Under the pieces are notes generated by a model. It saw nothing but the letters and a program-made list of their open reading frames with translations. It did not search any database and was not told where the DNA came from. A program made the position numbers and the translations under genes. From Patescibacteria group bacterium (lineage in GTDB: Bacteria > Patescibacteriota > Microgenomatia > Levybacterales > UBA12049), in the NCBI GenBank assembly GCA_038062115.1, contig JBBTXS010000008.1:12484-76483 (forward strand): a stretch of 64,000 nt of DNA, written 5' to 3'. Of the stretch, positions 17,380 to 26,716 are shown one piece after another (position 1 is the first letter of the stretch; every line of letters begins with the position of its first letter).

Positions 17380-18302
17380 TTCATGTTTCTTTTGCCTTTC
17401 ATGAACACATCGTAAAAGTATTTAAAGTTGTTTGCAATTTGGTTTATTGCTTTCTCTCTTGAGATTTTACTGTTTTTTAAATCAAGTAATGGCTCCCAAA
17501 AAACAGTTCTGCCAACAGCAAAGCCTATTACGCCTTTAACCTTTGCTCTAGCAAGAATCCATTTTTCGACCGTCTCTTTAGTTTCTGCTCTACCAAGAAT
17601 AACTAAGCCAACCCTTCTTCGTCCATTAGTTTGTATTTGATTAACAACTGCAAGGTAATCTTTTGGATAATTCATGCCTTCGAGTTTCCAAACATCTGGG
17701 TCTACTTTGGCGCGTTGTAGTTCTTCTACCACACTAACAGTTAGTTTTGGCCTTAATTCTAAATCATACAACTTTTTATTTTCGTGAGCTTTTGCAAATT
17801 GAGAATCTGTTGGAGGGATTAAAACTTCGAGTAAGAGTTTGTATCCATTATTATGGCAATAATCGCTTAATATTTTTAACTGTTGTTGTTGCCGAATTTT
17901 TGACCCCTCATCATCTTCGGGATTATAATGGATTAATGCTTTTGCAAAAGTTGGTTTGTATTTTTCTATGTGTTTGGAAAAGTCACCATTGTATTCAAAA
18001 GTAAATTCTTTTTGCCCACTTTTTTCTGTTGTAAGAATAGTAGTAAATCCATTATTTCGAGCATCTCGAAGAATACGATCTCCAAATTGTTCATCAACTA
18101 AAATAGCAGCTTGATCTTTGGGAACATACTCTACTGCTATTTTAAAAGCTTCAAATATAGTTTCTTTTTCAGCAACAATTTGTTTTGTTGCTTGAGGCGT
18201 TAGATTTTTGCTTGTAATTTCAAGCATGTCTTTTATAAAAGACGATCTATGATCAAATGGAAGAATAAAAAGATTTTTATTATAACCTAAATCGTTAGCC
18301 AT
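17376..18302 (-). CDS. DUF2090 / LacD-like aldolase-fold protein (corresponds to the C-terminal half of long IolC proteins)
   Basis: 308 aa. N-terminal LFILPFDHRSSF recalls the DUF2090 motif. It directly abuts the PfkB kinase gene with no gap. Confidence 0.45.
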   Translation of the reverse strand: MANDLGYNKNLFILPFDHRSSFIKDMLEITSKNLTPQATKQIVAEKETIFEAFKIAVEYVPKDQAAILVDEQFGDRILRDARNNGFTTILTTEKSGQKEFTFEYNGDFSKHIEKYKPTFAKALIHYNPEDDEGSKIRQQQQLKILSDYCHNNGYKLLLEVLIPPTDSQFAKAHENKKLYDLELRPKLTVSVVEELQRAKVDPDVWKLEGMNYPKDYLAVVNQIQTNGRRRVGLVILGRAETKETVEKWILARAKVKGVIGFAVGRTVFWEPLLDLKNSKISREKAINQIANNFKYFYDVFMKGKRNMN

Positions 18303-19313
18303 TCAATTTTTCTCCATATAGTTTTTGTGTAAAAGTCCTGCCTGTGCTCCAACTTGTTCGATTACGCTTGCGGCATTTAATGCTCCCCACCTCATTGCCT
18401 CTTTTATAGATAATTCATGCAAAATAGCAGACAAAAATCCAGTTGAGTAACTATCGCCAGCGCCTGTTTTTTCTATAACTTTTGTTTTGATAGCATCTTG
18501 AGTAAACATTTCTCCTTTCTCGTCTATGGCGTACGATCCATTTTCTCCATCGGTAATTACAGCAATCTTAGGCCCTAGTTTTTGCAACATCTCTAAAAGT
18601 CGTTTTATCTCCTCTTTGTTTTGCCCTTGATTCATAATTCTTAATTCATAATTCACAATTTGAGCTGCTTCCTCTTTGTTAACAAAAAGAATATCTGTTA
18701 TCGATAAAACATCTGCTATCGTTTTATATCCTGCCTCAATCTGTAGGGTTCCTGGATTAAATGCGAGAAAACATTTAGTCTTCTTTACAAAACTAAACAC
18801 TTTTTTGTACGGCTTTTTCCATTCATGCCCAAGAGACGTAAGATAGACGGATTTTGTAGAAATGTTGTCAAAGTTAAAGTTATGGAGCCTATCAACGTGT
18901 TCGGAAAAGATCGTTCGTTCTCCCTTAAAGTTTATAATAATAGAAAAAGATGCTTCCCCCCCCTTTGTTTGTATCAGAAACTGTGTGTTAACGTTTTCTT
19001 TTTTAAGAGCTTTTAAAATCTTTTGAGATAACTCGTCATCCCCAATTTCTGCATAAATTGCAGATTTTAATCCTAAGCGAGATAGACCAACTCCTACATT
19101 AGCAGCGTTTCCGCCAAGTAAAAAATTGCATCTGTCTACTTCGATTTTTTGTCCAGATCTAACACATAATTCATTTGTTTCTTTGTTCAGCCTAAAACAG
19201 TCATTTGCTTCGTGGACTGAAAGAAAGGCATCAATTTTAGCACTTCCAATCGTGATCGCATCAAAAATATGAGGCATGGACTCTATGCTACAAAAAATTA
19301 AGACATTTTTCAA
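18303..19313 (-). CDS. PfkB-family carbohydrate kinase (ribokinase-like)
   Basis: 336 aa. GGNAANVGVGLSRLG N-terminal motif and TGAGDSYSTGFLSA C-terminal PfkB signature. Confidence 0.8.
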   Translation of the reverse strand: MKNVLIFCSIESMPHIFDAITIGSAKIDAFLSVHEANDCFRLNKETNELCVRSGQKIEVDRCNFLLGGNAANVGVGLSRLGLKSAIYAEIGDDELSQKILKALKKENVNTQFLIQTKGGEASFSIIINFKGERTIFSEHVDRLHNFNFDNISTKSVYLTSLGHEWKKPYKKVFSFVKKTKCFLAFNPGTLQIEAGYKTIADVLSITDILFVNKEEAAQIVNYELRIMNQGQNKEEIKRLLEMLQKLGPKIAVITDGENGSYAIDEKGEMFTQDAIKTKVIEKTGAGDSYSTGFLSAILHELSIKEAMRWGALNAASVIEQVGAQAGLLHKNYMEKN

Positions 19314-19495
19314 TAGCTCGCAATGTAAATATTCTATACCTCTTTGTACGCCTCCAATGCGATATCGTTAAGGAGACTGTCCTAAGATTTATTGTTACAG
19401 CTTTCTAAACTAAATATTGTTTTCGTACGCTATTTTTTTCTTGCTTCTAAGACTGCTTATTGAAAACAAGTTGAAAAGAATGTTAAGATAAATTA

Positions 19496-20389
19496 ATGAT
19501 AGAAGAACTGCATGAGGCAAAGCTAAAAGAGCTTGAGCTTAAGGCAAATAAGATTAGACAACTGATTATTGAGGCTTTAGTTGAGGCTGGGTCTGGACAT
19601 TCTGCAGGACCTCTTGGGATGGCTGACATTTTTACCGCTTTTTATTTTCATATACTAAACCATAATCCAAAAAATCCAGACTGGGAAGACCGTGACCGAT
19701 TAGTTTTGTCAAATGGACATATTTGTCCTGTAAGATATGCTGCAATGGCCTTGAGCGGATACTTCCCGCTTGAAGAATTGAAAACTTTAAGAAAACTTAA
19801 CTCTCGTCTTCAAGGCCACCCGCACCGAACGGCACTTCCTGGCGTTGAAACAACCTCTGGCCCTTTGGGAGAAGGAATTTCCCAATCAATTGGCATGGCA
19901 CTTGCTGCAAAACTTGATAACAAAAAATATCATGTATATTGCATTGCGTCAGATGGAGAACAGCAAGAAGGTAATACTTGGGAAGCAGTAATGTTTGCTG
20001 CAAAATACAAAATTAATAACTTAACTCTTGTTATCGATAGAAATAACATCCAAATTGATGGTTTTACCGAAAACGTTATGCCCCTTGAGACGCTTCGGGC
20101 AAAATATGAAGCATTTAACTGGGAAGTTTTGGAAGTCGATGGAAGCAATATTCGTGACTTTGTTGATAAAGTAAGAGAGGCAAGAGCAATTTTTGAAAAG
20201 CCAACTGTTATTATTGCCCATACAGTTCCTGGTAAGGGTGTTGATTTTATGGAAAATAGATTTGAGTGGCATGGCATGCCACCCGATTCTCAAGACGTAA
20301 AAGGCGCGCCCCCAAAAGGAGAGCAAGCCAAAAAAGCGCTTGAAGAACTAAGAACTTTGCAGGGAAAAATAGTTTCGGAACACCAATGA
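19496..20389 (+). CDS. Transketolase, N-terminal subunit
   Basis: 297 aa. GSGHSAGPLGMADIFTAFYF, DRLVLSNGHICPVRYAAM, LQGHP, CIASDGEQQEGNTWEA (thiamine diphosphate-binding motifs). Confidence 0.9.
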   Translation: MIEELHEAKLKELELKANKIRQLIIEALVEAGSGHSAGPLGMADIFTAFYFHILNHNPKNPDWEDRDRLVLSNGHICPVRYAAMALSGYFPLEELKTLRKLNSRLQGHPHRTALPGVETTSGPLGEGISQSIGMALAAKLDNKKYHVYCIASDGEQQEGNTWEAVMFAAKYKINNLTLVIDRNNIQIDGFTENVMPLETLRAKYEAFNWEVLEVDGSNIRDFVDKVREARAIFEKPTVIIAHTVPGKGVDFMENRFEWHGMPPDSQDVKGAPPKGEQAKKALEELRTLQGKIVSEHQ

Positions 20390-20402
20390 TCCGTCGCTCG
20401 GT

Positions 20403-20493
20403 GTCATTGCGAGGAGCGAGTGTAAACGAGCGACGTGGCAATCCCACTGTGAAAAAAGAGATTGCTTCTCAGGCTTCGCCTGATCGCAATGAC
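20403..20493. mobile_element. MITE-like palindromic element (GTCATTGCGAGG...GCAATGAC family) between the two transketolase subunit genes
   Basis: 91 bp with inverted ends GTCATTGCGAGG / GATCGCAATGAC. The inner GTGGCAATCCCA...GAGATTGCTTC matches, in opposite orientation, the copy inside tsaD (49488..49575) and the copy at 11117..11182. Confidence 0.75.
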
Positions 20494-20504
20494 ATATCAA
20501 ATTT

Positions 20505-21494
20505 ATGCTGAATCCCGTCTTAAAACTAAACCCAAAACTTTTCGATCCTGATGTTGAAGTAAAACCAACAAGGCACGGGTATGGGGATGGGTTGGTAGCT
20601 CTTGGTGAGCAAAATAAAGACACAGTGGTGCTCACTGCCGACCTTGCAGAATCTACTCAAGCCCATAAGTTTGCCGAAAAATTCCCTGATCGATTTTTTG
20701 AATGCGGGGTTGCTGAACAAAATATGGCGGCAATTGCTGCGGGGCTTGGAATAAGCGGCAAGATTCCTTTCATGTCTTCCTACGCCACCTTTTCTCCTGG
20801 CAAAAATTGGGAAACAATTAGAACGACCATTATCTACAATCAATCAAATGTCAAGATCGCTGGCCATCATGCTGGAATTGTTACGGGACCTGATGGTGCG
20901 ACTCATCAGGCAACAGAGGACATTGCCATTACACGCTCTTGGCCAGGGATTAAAGTTTTTGTCCCATGCGATTACTATGAAGCAAAAAAAGTAACTTTCG
21001 CAGTTGCTGATTTTGAAGGACCAGCATACCTTCGCTTTACAAGAGACAAAACTCCTATTATGACAACGCAAAGTTCGCCATTTGAAATAGGTAAGATCAG
21101 TGTATTTTGGACCAGTGATAATCCAAAGGCGGTCGTGTTTGGAACAGGCCACCTCCTCTACTATGCCATCCTTGCCGCACAAGAGTTGGAAAAAGAAGGA
21201 ATAAATGTGATTGTTGCCAATGTTGCTACAATTAAACCCCTTGATGAAGAGTCAATCATTGATCTTGCAGGAAAAACTGGCGCAGTAGTAACGGTTGAAG
21301 ATCATCAAATAGCTGGGGGGCTTGGAGGGGCAATTGCGGAACTGCTCGCAAGGGGAAAACCAACCGCTATGGAATTTATAGGCATGCAGGACACCTTTGG
21401 AGAATCTGGTAAACCAAGGGAGCTAATTGAAAAATATGGGATGGGGAAAGACTCAATCAAGCAAGCAGTGAAAAAGGTAATCGCAAGAAAATAA
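20505..21494 (+). CDS. Transketolase, C-terminal subunit
   Basis: 329 aa. PTRHGYGDGLVALG, FFECGVAEQNMAAIAAGLG, GATHQATEDIA motifs of the pyrimidine-binding and C-terminal domains. Confidence 0.9.
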   Translation: MLNPVLKLNPKLFDPDVEVKPTRHGYGDGLVALGEQNKDTVVLTADLAESTQAHKFAEKFPDRFFECGVAEQNMAAIAAGLGISGKIPFMSSYATFSPGKNWETIRTTIIYNQSNVKIAGHHAGIVTGPDGATHQATEDIAITRSWPGIKVFVPCDYYEAKKVTFAVADFEGPAYLRFTRDKTPIMTTQSSPFEIGKISVFWTSDNPKAVVFGTGHLLYYAILAAQELEKEGINVIVANVATIKPLDEESIIDLAGKTGAVVTVEDHQIAGGLGGAIAELLARGKPTAMEFIGMQDTFGESGKPRELIEKYGMGKDSIKQAVKKVIARK

Positions 21495-21497
21495 TAT

Positions 21498-21529
21498 CCA
21501 TTGTTATATTGTTAAATTGTTCCATTGTT
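21498..21529. repeat. Octamer tandem array (NNATTGTT x4)
   Basis: ccattgtt atattgtt aaattgtt ccattgtt. The same unit forms a 5-copy array inside tsaD at 49742..49781. A related NNGCAATN array lies at about 21575..21610. Confidence 0.8.
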
Positions 21530-21544
21530 AACCACCCCTTTTAT

Positions 21545-21570
21545 TCCCCTCCTTAGAAAGGAGGGGATTT
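21545..21570 (+). terminator. Possible intrinsic terminator after transketolase
   Basis: Hairpin TCCCCTCC-ttagaaa-GGAGGGGA followed by only TTT. The U tract is weak. Confidence 0.35.
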
Positions 21571-21617
21571 AGGGAAGGTAACAATGTAGCAATGAAGCAA
21601 TTTAGCAATTTTTCTTT

Positions 21618-23270
21618 ATGAACGAGAATCTCATTAATGAGTTAAAAAATCTTATAAAAGGAGACGTTTTAACCGATAAGGTAACTCTTAAAATGTACAG
21701 TCACGATGCTAGTCTTTTTGAGGTAAAACCCCACGTTGTTGTATTTCCCAAAGACGAAGAAGATGTAAAATCGCTGGTAAGATTTGTTGCTCAGAATAAA
21801 AAAAATAACCCATCTCTTTCCTTAACCGCCCGCTCTGCTGGAACAGATATGACCGGAGGCTCTATAAATGATTCAATTATCGTATGCTTTGAGAAATATT
21901 TTAACCATACTCCAAAAATTCAAGGCAACGTCGCAACCTCAGAACCAGGAGTTTATTACCGCGATTTTGAGAAAGAAACATTAAAGCATAATCTAATATT
22001 TCCATCCTATCCAGCATCACGGGAAATTTGTGCAATGGGAGGAATTGTGAATAATAATGCAGGAGGTGAGAAGTCATTGCATTATGGTAAAACCGAGAGA
22101 TATGTCAAGAGGATAAAAGTGGTTTTAAGTGATGGAAATACTTATACGCTCAAGGCTCTATCTCAAACAGAGCTTGAGAAGAAAATGCTGTTCAAAACAT
22201 TTGAAGGTGAAATTTATAGGAAAATGTATCATTTGATTATGGAAAACTTTGAAGAAATTGCTAAAGCAAAGCCCCAAGTGTCCAAAAACTCCGCGGGATA
22301 TTATTTGTGGGACGTATTCGACAAGGATAAAAAAACCTTTGACCCATCAAAATTATTTGTTGGATCCCAAGGAACATTGGGGCTTCTTCTGGAGGCAGAT
22401 ATTGGGTTAGTCCCTATACATAAACACCGAGAAATGATGATTATTTTTCTGCGTGATCTTTCTCATTTAGACCAAATTATTAGAGAGTCATTGCTTCTCA
22501 ATCCAGAAAGTTTCGAAGCGTACGATGACAGCACTTTAAAGTTAGCGCTGAGATTTTTCCCTGAATTTGCAAAGCTTTTGGGAACAAAAGGAATAATCCA
22601 AACAGCATTTGATTTTCTTCCCGAATTTCTTATGATTGTTTTTGGCGGTTTGCCAAAGCTGATTCTTCAGGTTGATTTTACAGGCAATGATCCTAATGAG
22701 TTGCAAGAAAAAATCCAAAAACTCAAAGAAAGACTAAAGCCTCTTCATCCCAAAATAAGAATTGCTGTAGAAGACCAAGAAAAAAAATACTGGGCTATAA
22801 GACGCGAGAGCTTTAATCTTCTTCGCCAGAAGATTCGTAACAAACACACAGCTCCTTTTATTGATGACTTCGTAGTCAAACCAGAATATCTTTCAAAAGT
22901 GCTACCTCTTGTAACTAATATTATTAAAAAATATAAGGGATTTATTTTTACAATCGCAGGTCATGTGGGAGATGGGAATTTTCACATTATTCCATTGGTG
23001 GACATCACCGATCCCAAAGTCAGAAAAAGCATTCCTCTTATTGCAAAAGAAGTCTATAATTTGGTAAACGAATACCATGGTTCCATAACAGGTGAGCATA
23101 ACGACGGCCTCATCCGAACGCCTTATCTAAAACAAATGTATGGAGAAAAAGTAATTTCTCTTTTTGAACAAACGAAATTAATTTTTGACCCTAACAACAT
23201 TTTTAACCCGCGCAAAAAAGTTAGTGGCGATTTAAACTTCGCCCTCTCCCACATTAGACAGAATTGGTAA
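21618..23270 (+). CDS. FAD-linked oxidase (GlcD / D-lactate dehydrogenase-like)
   Basis: 550 aa. N-terminal FAD_binding_4-type pattern VVFPKDEEDVKSLVRF...LTARSAGTDMTGG. C-terminal GSITGEHNDGLIR typical of FAD-linked oxidases. Confidence 0.8.
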   Translation: MNENLINELKNLIKGDVLTDKVTLKMYSHDASLFEVKPHVVVFPKDEEDVKSLVRFVAQNKKNNPSLSLTARSAGTDMTGGSINDSIIVCFEKYFNHTPKIQGNVATSEPGVYYRDFEKETLKHNLIFPSYPASREICAMGGIVNNNAGGEKSLHYGKTERYVKRIKVVLSDGNTYTLKALSQTELEKKMLFKTFEGEIYRKMYHLIMENFEEIAKAKPQVSKNSAGYYLWDVFDKDKKTFDPSKLFVGSQGTLGLLLEADIGLVPIHKHREMMIIFLRDLSHLDQIIRESLLLNPESFEAYDDSTLKLALRFFPEFAKLLGTKGIIQTAFDFLPEFLMIVFGGLPKLILQVDFTGNDPNELQEKIQKLKERLKPLHPKIRIAVEDQEKKYWAIRRESFNLLRQKIRNKHTAPFIDDFVVKPEYLSKVLPLVTNIIKKYKGFIFTIAGHVGDGNFHIIPLVDITDPKVRKSIPLIAKEVYNLVNEYHGSITGEHNDGLIRTPYLKQMYGEKVISLFEQTKLIFDPNNIFNPRKKVSGDLNFALSHIRQNW

Positions 23271-23298
23271 TTTATTATTTCAGGACTTACGCAATAAC

Positions 23299-23356
23299 TG
23301 TCATGCTGAACTTGTTTCAGCATCTCATAAGATCCTGAAATGAATTCAAGATGACA
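23299..23356. repeat. Palindromic element (TGTCATGCTGAA...TTCAAGATGACA)
   Basis: 58 bp. Inverted ends TGTCAT/ATGACA and inner hairpin ATGCTGAAacttgTTTCAGCAT. Same end sequences as the other TGTCAT...ATGACA elements in the window. Confidence 0.6.
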
Positions 23357-23412
23357 CAAAGTGCGTAACTCCTATATTTGACAAATGTTTTAGATTTCCA
23401 TAAAGTTAAATT

Positions 23413-24135
23413 ATGGATGAGGAGAATCTTTCTCAAGACAACTATAAAAACAACTTTAATTTTAAAAACTTGTTATCTATTAGAAATATAACAATTTTGC
23501 TTATAACTTTAACTCTTCTTAACTTAATTTACATAGATATTGTAACTCTTAGAAATCCCAAAACAACAATTATTGAAAAGGTAATCAACATTACCAAACC
23601 ATCAACGCCTTCCGAATCAAGTAGTACTAAAGTAACCGATCAAGTTTGCCCTCAAACCTGTATGGCCCAAATATATGAAGCGACCGCATCTTCTCGCATG
23701 CAACCAACCACAATACCTACAATAACGCCTACAATAACCTCTACAATCTCTTCAGCCCCAGAAGTAAGTATAGTCAAAGAATTCTTTATTCCATTTGGAT
23801 CAGGGTCAAGTACGGCTGGTGATTGGCAGGATATTGCCGGAATTCAAGCGACCATAGATACAGCTAATTTCCCAGGTTTAAAAAGTGTTACCTTTGAAGC
23901 TACGGTTCGAATACCAACAGGCAACGAGATTGCCTATATAAGACTTTATAACGTAACAGACAAGCATCCTGTATGGTTTTCTGAGCTATCATTAGAAGGC
24001 GGAACTCCTAAGCTACTTATTTCGAAACCAATTACCCTTGATGGAGGCACCAAACTCTATCAAGTACAAATGAAAACTAGTCTTAAATATCAGGCAATTT
24101 TTGACCAAGCAAGACTCCATATAATAACATACTAA
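23413..24135 (+). CDS. Hypothetical membrane-anchored protein
   Basis: 240 aa. N-terminal TM (ITILLITLTLLNLIYIDIV), Thr/Pro/Ile linker (TIPTITPTITSTIS), beta-rich C-terminal domain. No motif recognised. Confidence 0.55.
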   Translation: MDEENLSQDNYKNNFNFKNLLSIRNITILLITLTLLNLIYIDIVTLRNPKTTIIEKVINITKPSTPSESSSTKVTDQVCPQTCMAQIYEATASSRMQPTTIPTITPTITSTISSAPEVSIVKEFFIPFGSGSSTAGDWQDIAGIQATIDTANFPGLKSVTFEATVRIPTGNEIAYIRLYNVTDKHPVWFSELSLEGGTPKLLISKPITLDGGTKLYQVQMKTSLKYQAIFDQARLHIITY

Positions 24136-24198
24136 ACCTCGAAGATATTGACGGCAATTACTTCCAATTAATCCAAGTAAGAGAAAGTTAAGCTAAGC

Positions 24199-25011
24199 TT
24201 AGGCATTTTTAAATGCGCGGGAGGCCAACACAACTAAAATTGCCGTAAAAACAGTGATTATAATAAGTTCGTAGCCAACACTTATTACTTTTCCATTTAT
24301 TGTTGGACTAAGAGTAATAATAACTTGGGACGGAAGATTTAGGTTTTCAAAAACAATTCTTCGTAGAATATCAACTGCATACGTTATTGGATTTATCTTG
24401 GTTAAAATATCAAGCCAGATAGGTAAATTATGTAAAGGAAAAATTGCGCCAGAAAGCATTACTATTGGAAAAGCAATAAATTGAAATACATACTGTCCAG
24501 CGTCCAAAGATTTCATCCTGCTTGTTACTGCAACCCCAATACTACTTAAAACCAAAGACAACATAAACATTGCTGGAACAAGAAGAATAATCATTTTAAA
24601 GGTTAGAGTTACTCCAATTAATGGACCGAGTATAAAGACTGGCAATGATTGGATGGTAGCGGTGGTTGCTCCACCCAAAATTTTTCCAACAGCAATTGCA
24701 GTCCTATTGATTGGAGATACCAAAACTTCTTTTAAAAAGCCAAATTCTCTATCTTGCAAAATGGAAATTGCCGAAAACATAGCGTTAAATATAAGATACT
24801 GGGCAATAGCTCCCGGAAAAAGAAATTGGACAAACTTAAAATTTGGAACTGGGAGACTAAGCGATGCAGAAATTCCATTACCAAAAATTAAAAGCCAGAT
24901 TACAGGAAAAGAAAAACCAGTTACAACTCGTGTTTTGTTTCGCCAGAAACGCAAAAGATCTCTAAACCAGATAATATATATTCCTCTTAAGAAATTGCTC
25001 ATCGTCTCCAT
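24199..25011 (-). CDS. ABC-2 type transporter permease
   Basis: 270 aa with about six hydrophobic helices. Overlaps the upstream ATPase gene by 13 nt. Confidence 0.75.
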   Translation of the reverse strand: METMSNFLRGIYIIWFRDLLRFWRNKTRVVTGFSFPVIWLLIFGNGISASLSLPVPNFKFVQFLFPGAIAQYLIFNAMFSAISILQDREFGFLKEVLVSPINRTAIAVGKILGGATTATIQSLPVFILGPLIGVTLTFKMIILLVPAMFMLSLVLSSIGVAVTSRMKSLDAGQYVFQFIAFPIVMLSGAIFPLHNLPIWLDILTKINPITYAVDILRRIVFENLNLPSQVIITLSPTINGKVISVGYELIIITVFTAILVVLASRAFKNA

Positions 25012-25799
25012 ATCCCTCCTCCCTGTTTAAAGTTGACTCTTGACTGTGCTTCAACAGATAATTCTTCATCGCGAATTCCATGGCCTGTTGCTTCTATAAA
25101 CACAGCATCCATTGAATCTTGTTTGTATTTTTTCTTAAGTGTCTCCGGCGTTCCATAGCCAATAATTTTCCCTTTTTCAATTATCGCAACATTATCACAA
25201 TTTTCAGTTTCCGGTAAATAATGTGTTGTTAGCAAAATTGTCACATCTTCTCTTGCCCTGAAATCTTTAAGATAACGCCAAATTAAAGCTCTTGTTTGAG
25301 GGTCAAGACCAATGGTTGGCTCATCCAAAAAAAGAGCTTTTGGATGATGCAAAAGGCCACGGACAATTTCAAGACGTCTCTTCATTCCACCCGAGAAAGT
25401 TTTAACAATACTTTCTTTTCTATCGGTTAACTCAACCAAATCCAACAATTCTTTTGCTCGCTTTTTAAATAGATTATTCTCGACTCCATATAACTTTGCA
25501 TGAAGCCAAAGGTTCTCCCAAGCTGTTAGCTCAACATCTAACGATGGGTCTTGAAAAATAAGGCCAATCGAAGAACGCACTTGATCTCTTTGTGTTACCG
25601 CATCGAATCCATTTACTATTACTTTTCCTTTTGTTGGGGTTAACAGAGTCGCAAGCATGTTAATCGTTGTGGTTTTGCCAGCTCCGTTTGGTCCAACAAA
25701 ACCGAAAAACTCACCTTTTCCAACCGAAAAAGAAATATTATCAACAGCAATAAAACCGTTAAACTTTTTTGTTAAATTCTTTGCCTCAATCGCATTCAT
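24999..25799 (-). CDS. ABC transporter ATP-binding protein (DrrA-like exporter)
   Basis: 266 aa. Walker A GPNGAGKTTT, signature FSGGMKRRLE, Walker B LFLDEPTIGLD. Confidence 0.9.
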   Translation of the reverse strand: MNAIEAKNLTKKFNGFIAVDNISFSVGKGEFFGFVGPNGAGKTTTINMLATLLTPTKGKVIVNGFDAVTQRDQVRSSIGLIFQDPSLDVELTAWENLWLHAKLYGVENNLFKKRAKELLDLVELTDRKESIVKTFSGGMKRRLEIVRGLLHHPKALFLDEPTIGLDPQTRALIWRYLKDFRAREDVTILLTTHYLPETENCDNVAIIEKGKIIGYGTPETLKKKYKQDSMDAVFIEATGHGIRDEELSVEAQSRVNFKQGGGIWRR

Positions 25800-25807
25800 A
25801 AATAAGT

Positions 25808-26365
25808 CTATGATTTAAAAAGTAAAAAAGTTGAAGTAAGAAGAAATACGCCTATAGTATCCAAGATAAAGGCAATAATTACAAACTGATACTTTTTTAT
25901 TTTTGATAAACCCATTAAAGCTACTCCTATCTCATCTGGAAAAGGCGAAACAATTATTATTGCTCCAATAATTGGAAGAGTCCATCTTAAATACTTTGTG
26001 TGCAACAAATTTGATACGCGACTTAATCCAAGTCTATTCCACAATGGTTTTAATTCTTCTAATAAATTGTCTTTCATAAAGCGAAAAATTGTAAGATCTC
26101 CAACCGCACCACCTAATCCCGCAATAATAGCAATTTCTAAAGGCGAAAGTTTTTCTGCTAAGATTAACAAAATTACAGCACCAATGGCCGCGGTAAATGA
26201 CGAAACAAATAAAAACCCGCCAATGAATGCTCCTAAGTATCCCCAGTTTCCAAGGTCAAGAAGAAGTGTACGAAGTATTTCAATTCGAAAAACGATAAAA
26301 GAAGAAACGACACTTGCTATAAAAAAAGTAAGATTTTTGTATTTCCACGCTTTCCAATAATACAC
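25808..26365 (-). CDS. Hypothetical polytopic membrane protein
   Basis: 185 aa with 4-5 hydrophobic helices. No motif recognised. Confidence 0.5.
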   Translation of the reverse strand: MYYWKAWKYKNLTFFIASVVSSFIVFRIEILRTLLLDLGNWGYLGAFIGGFLFVSSFTAAIGAVILLILAEKLSPLEIAIIAGLGGAVGDLTIFRFMKDNLLEELKPLWNRLGLSRVSNLLHTKYLRWTLPIIGAIIIVSPFPDEIGVALMGLSKIKKYQFVIIAFILDTIGVFLLTSTFLLFKS

Positions 26366-26374
26366 AATTTCATT

Positions 26375-26483
26375 ATGACTGGGTCATTGTCATTTCGAGC
26401 TTGCCGAGAAATCTCCTTCAAAGAGATTCCTCGACTCGCTACACTCGCTCGGAATGACAAATGAGTATTTATGTCCTAGTCAT
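26375..26483. mobile_element. MITE-like element, family 1, full-length copy A
   Basis: 109 bp. Terminal inverted repeats ATGACTGGGTCAT / ATGTCCTAGTCAT (11 of 13 complementary). Inner inverted repeat TTGTCATTTCGAGC / GCTCGGAATGACAA. Flanked on both sides by AATTTCATT (26366..26374 and 26484..26492). Confidence 0.8.
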
Positions 26484-26623
26484 AATTTCATTATAGCAAA
26501 ATCACTACGTTCTATACTTGTCTAGTACCATCGCTACTTCGAAGGTGGCAAAGCATCGGAGCAAAGCCGTATAGTTCAAGACGATAAACATATTTCGTGA
26601 GAAAATATATGATACAATTAGTT

Positions 26624-26707
26624 ATGACTGGGTCATAATTGTCATTTCGAGCTTGCCGCTCGCTACACTCGCTCGGAATGACAAATGAGTATTTATGTCC
26701 TAGTCAT
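26624..26707. mobile_element. MITE-like element, family 1, copy B (internal deletion variant)
   Basis: 84 bp. Same ends as copy A but lacks the internal GAGAAATCTCC...GAGATTCCTC hairpin. It abuts the ftsK start region. Confidence 0.75.
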
Positions 26708-26716
26708 AATGATACT

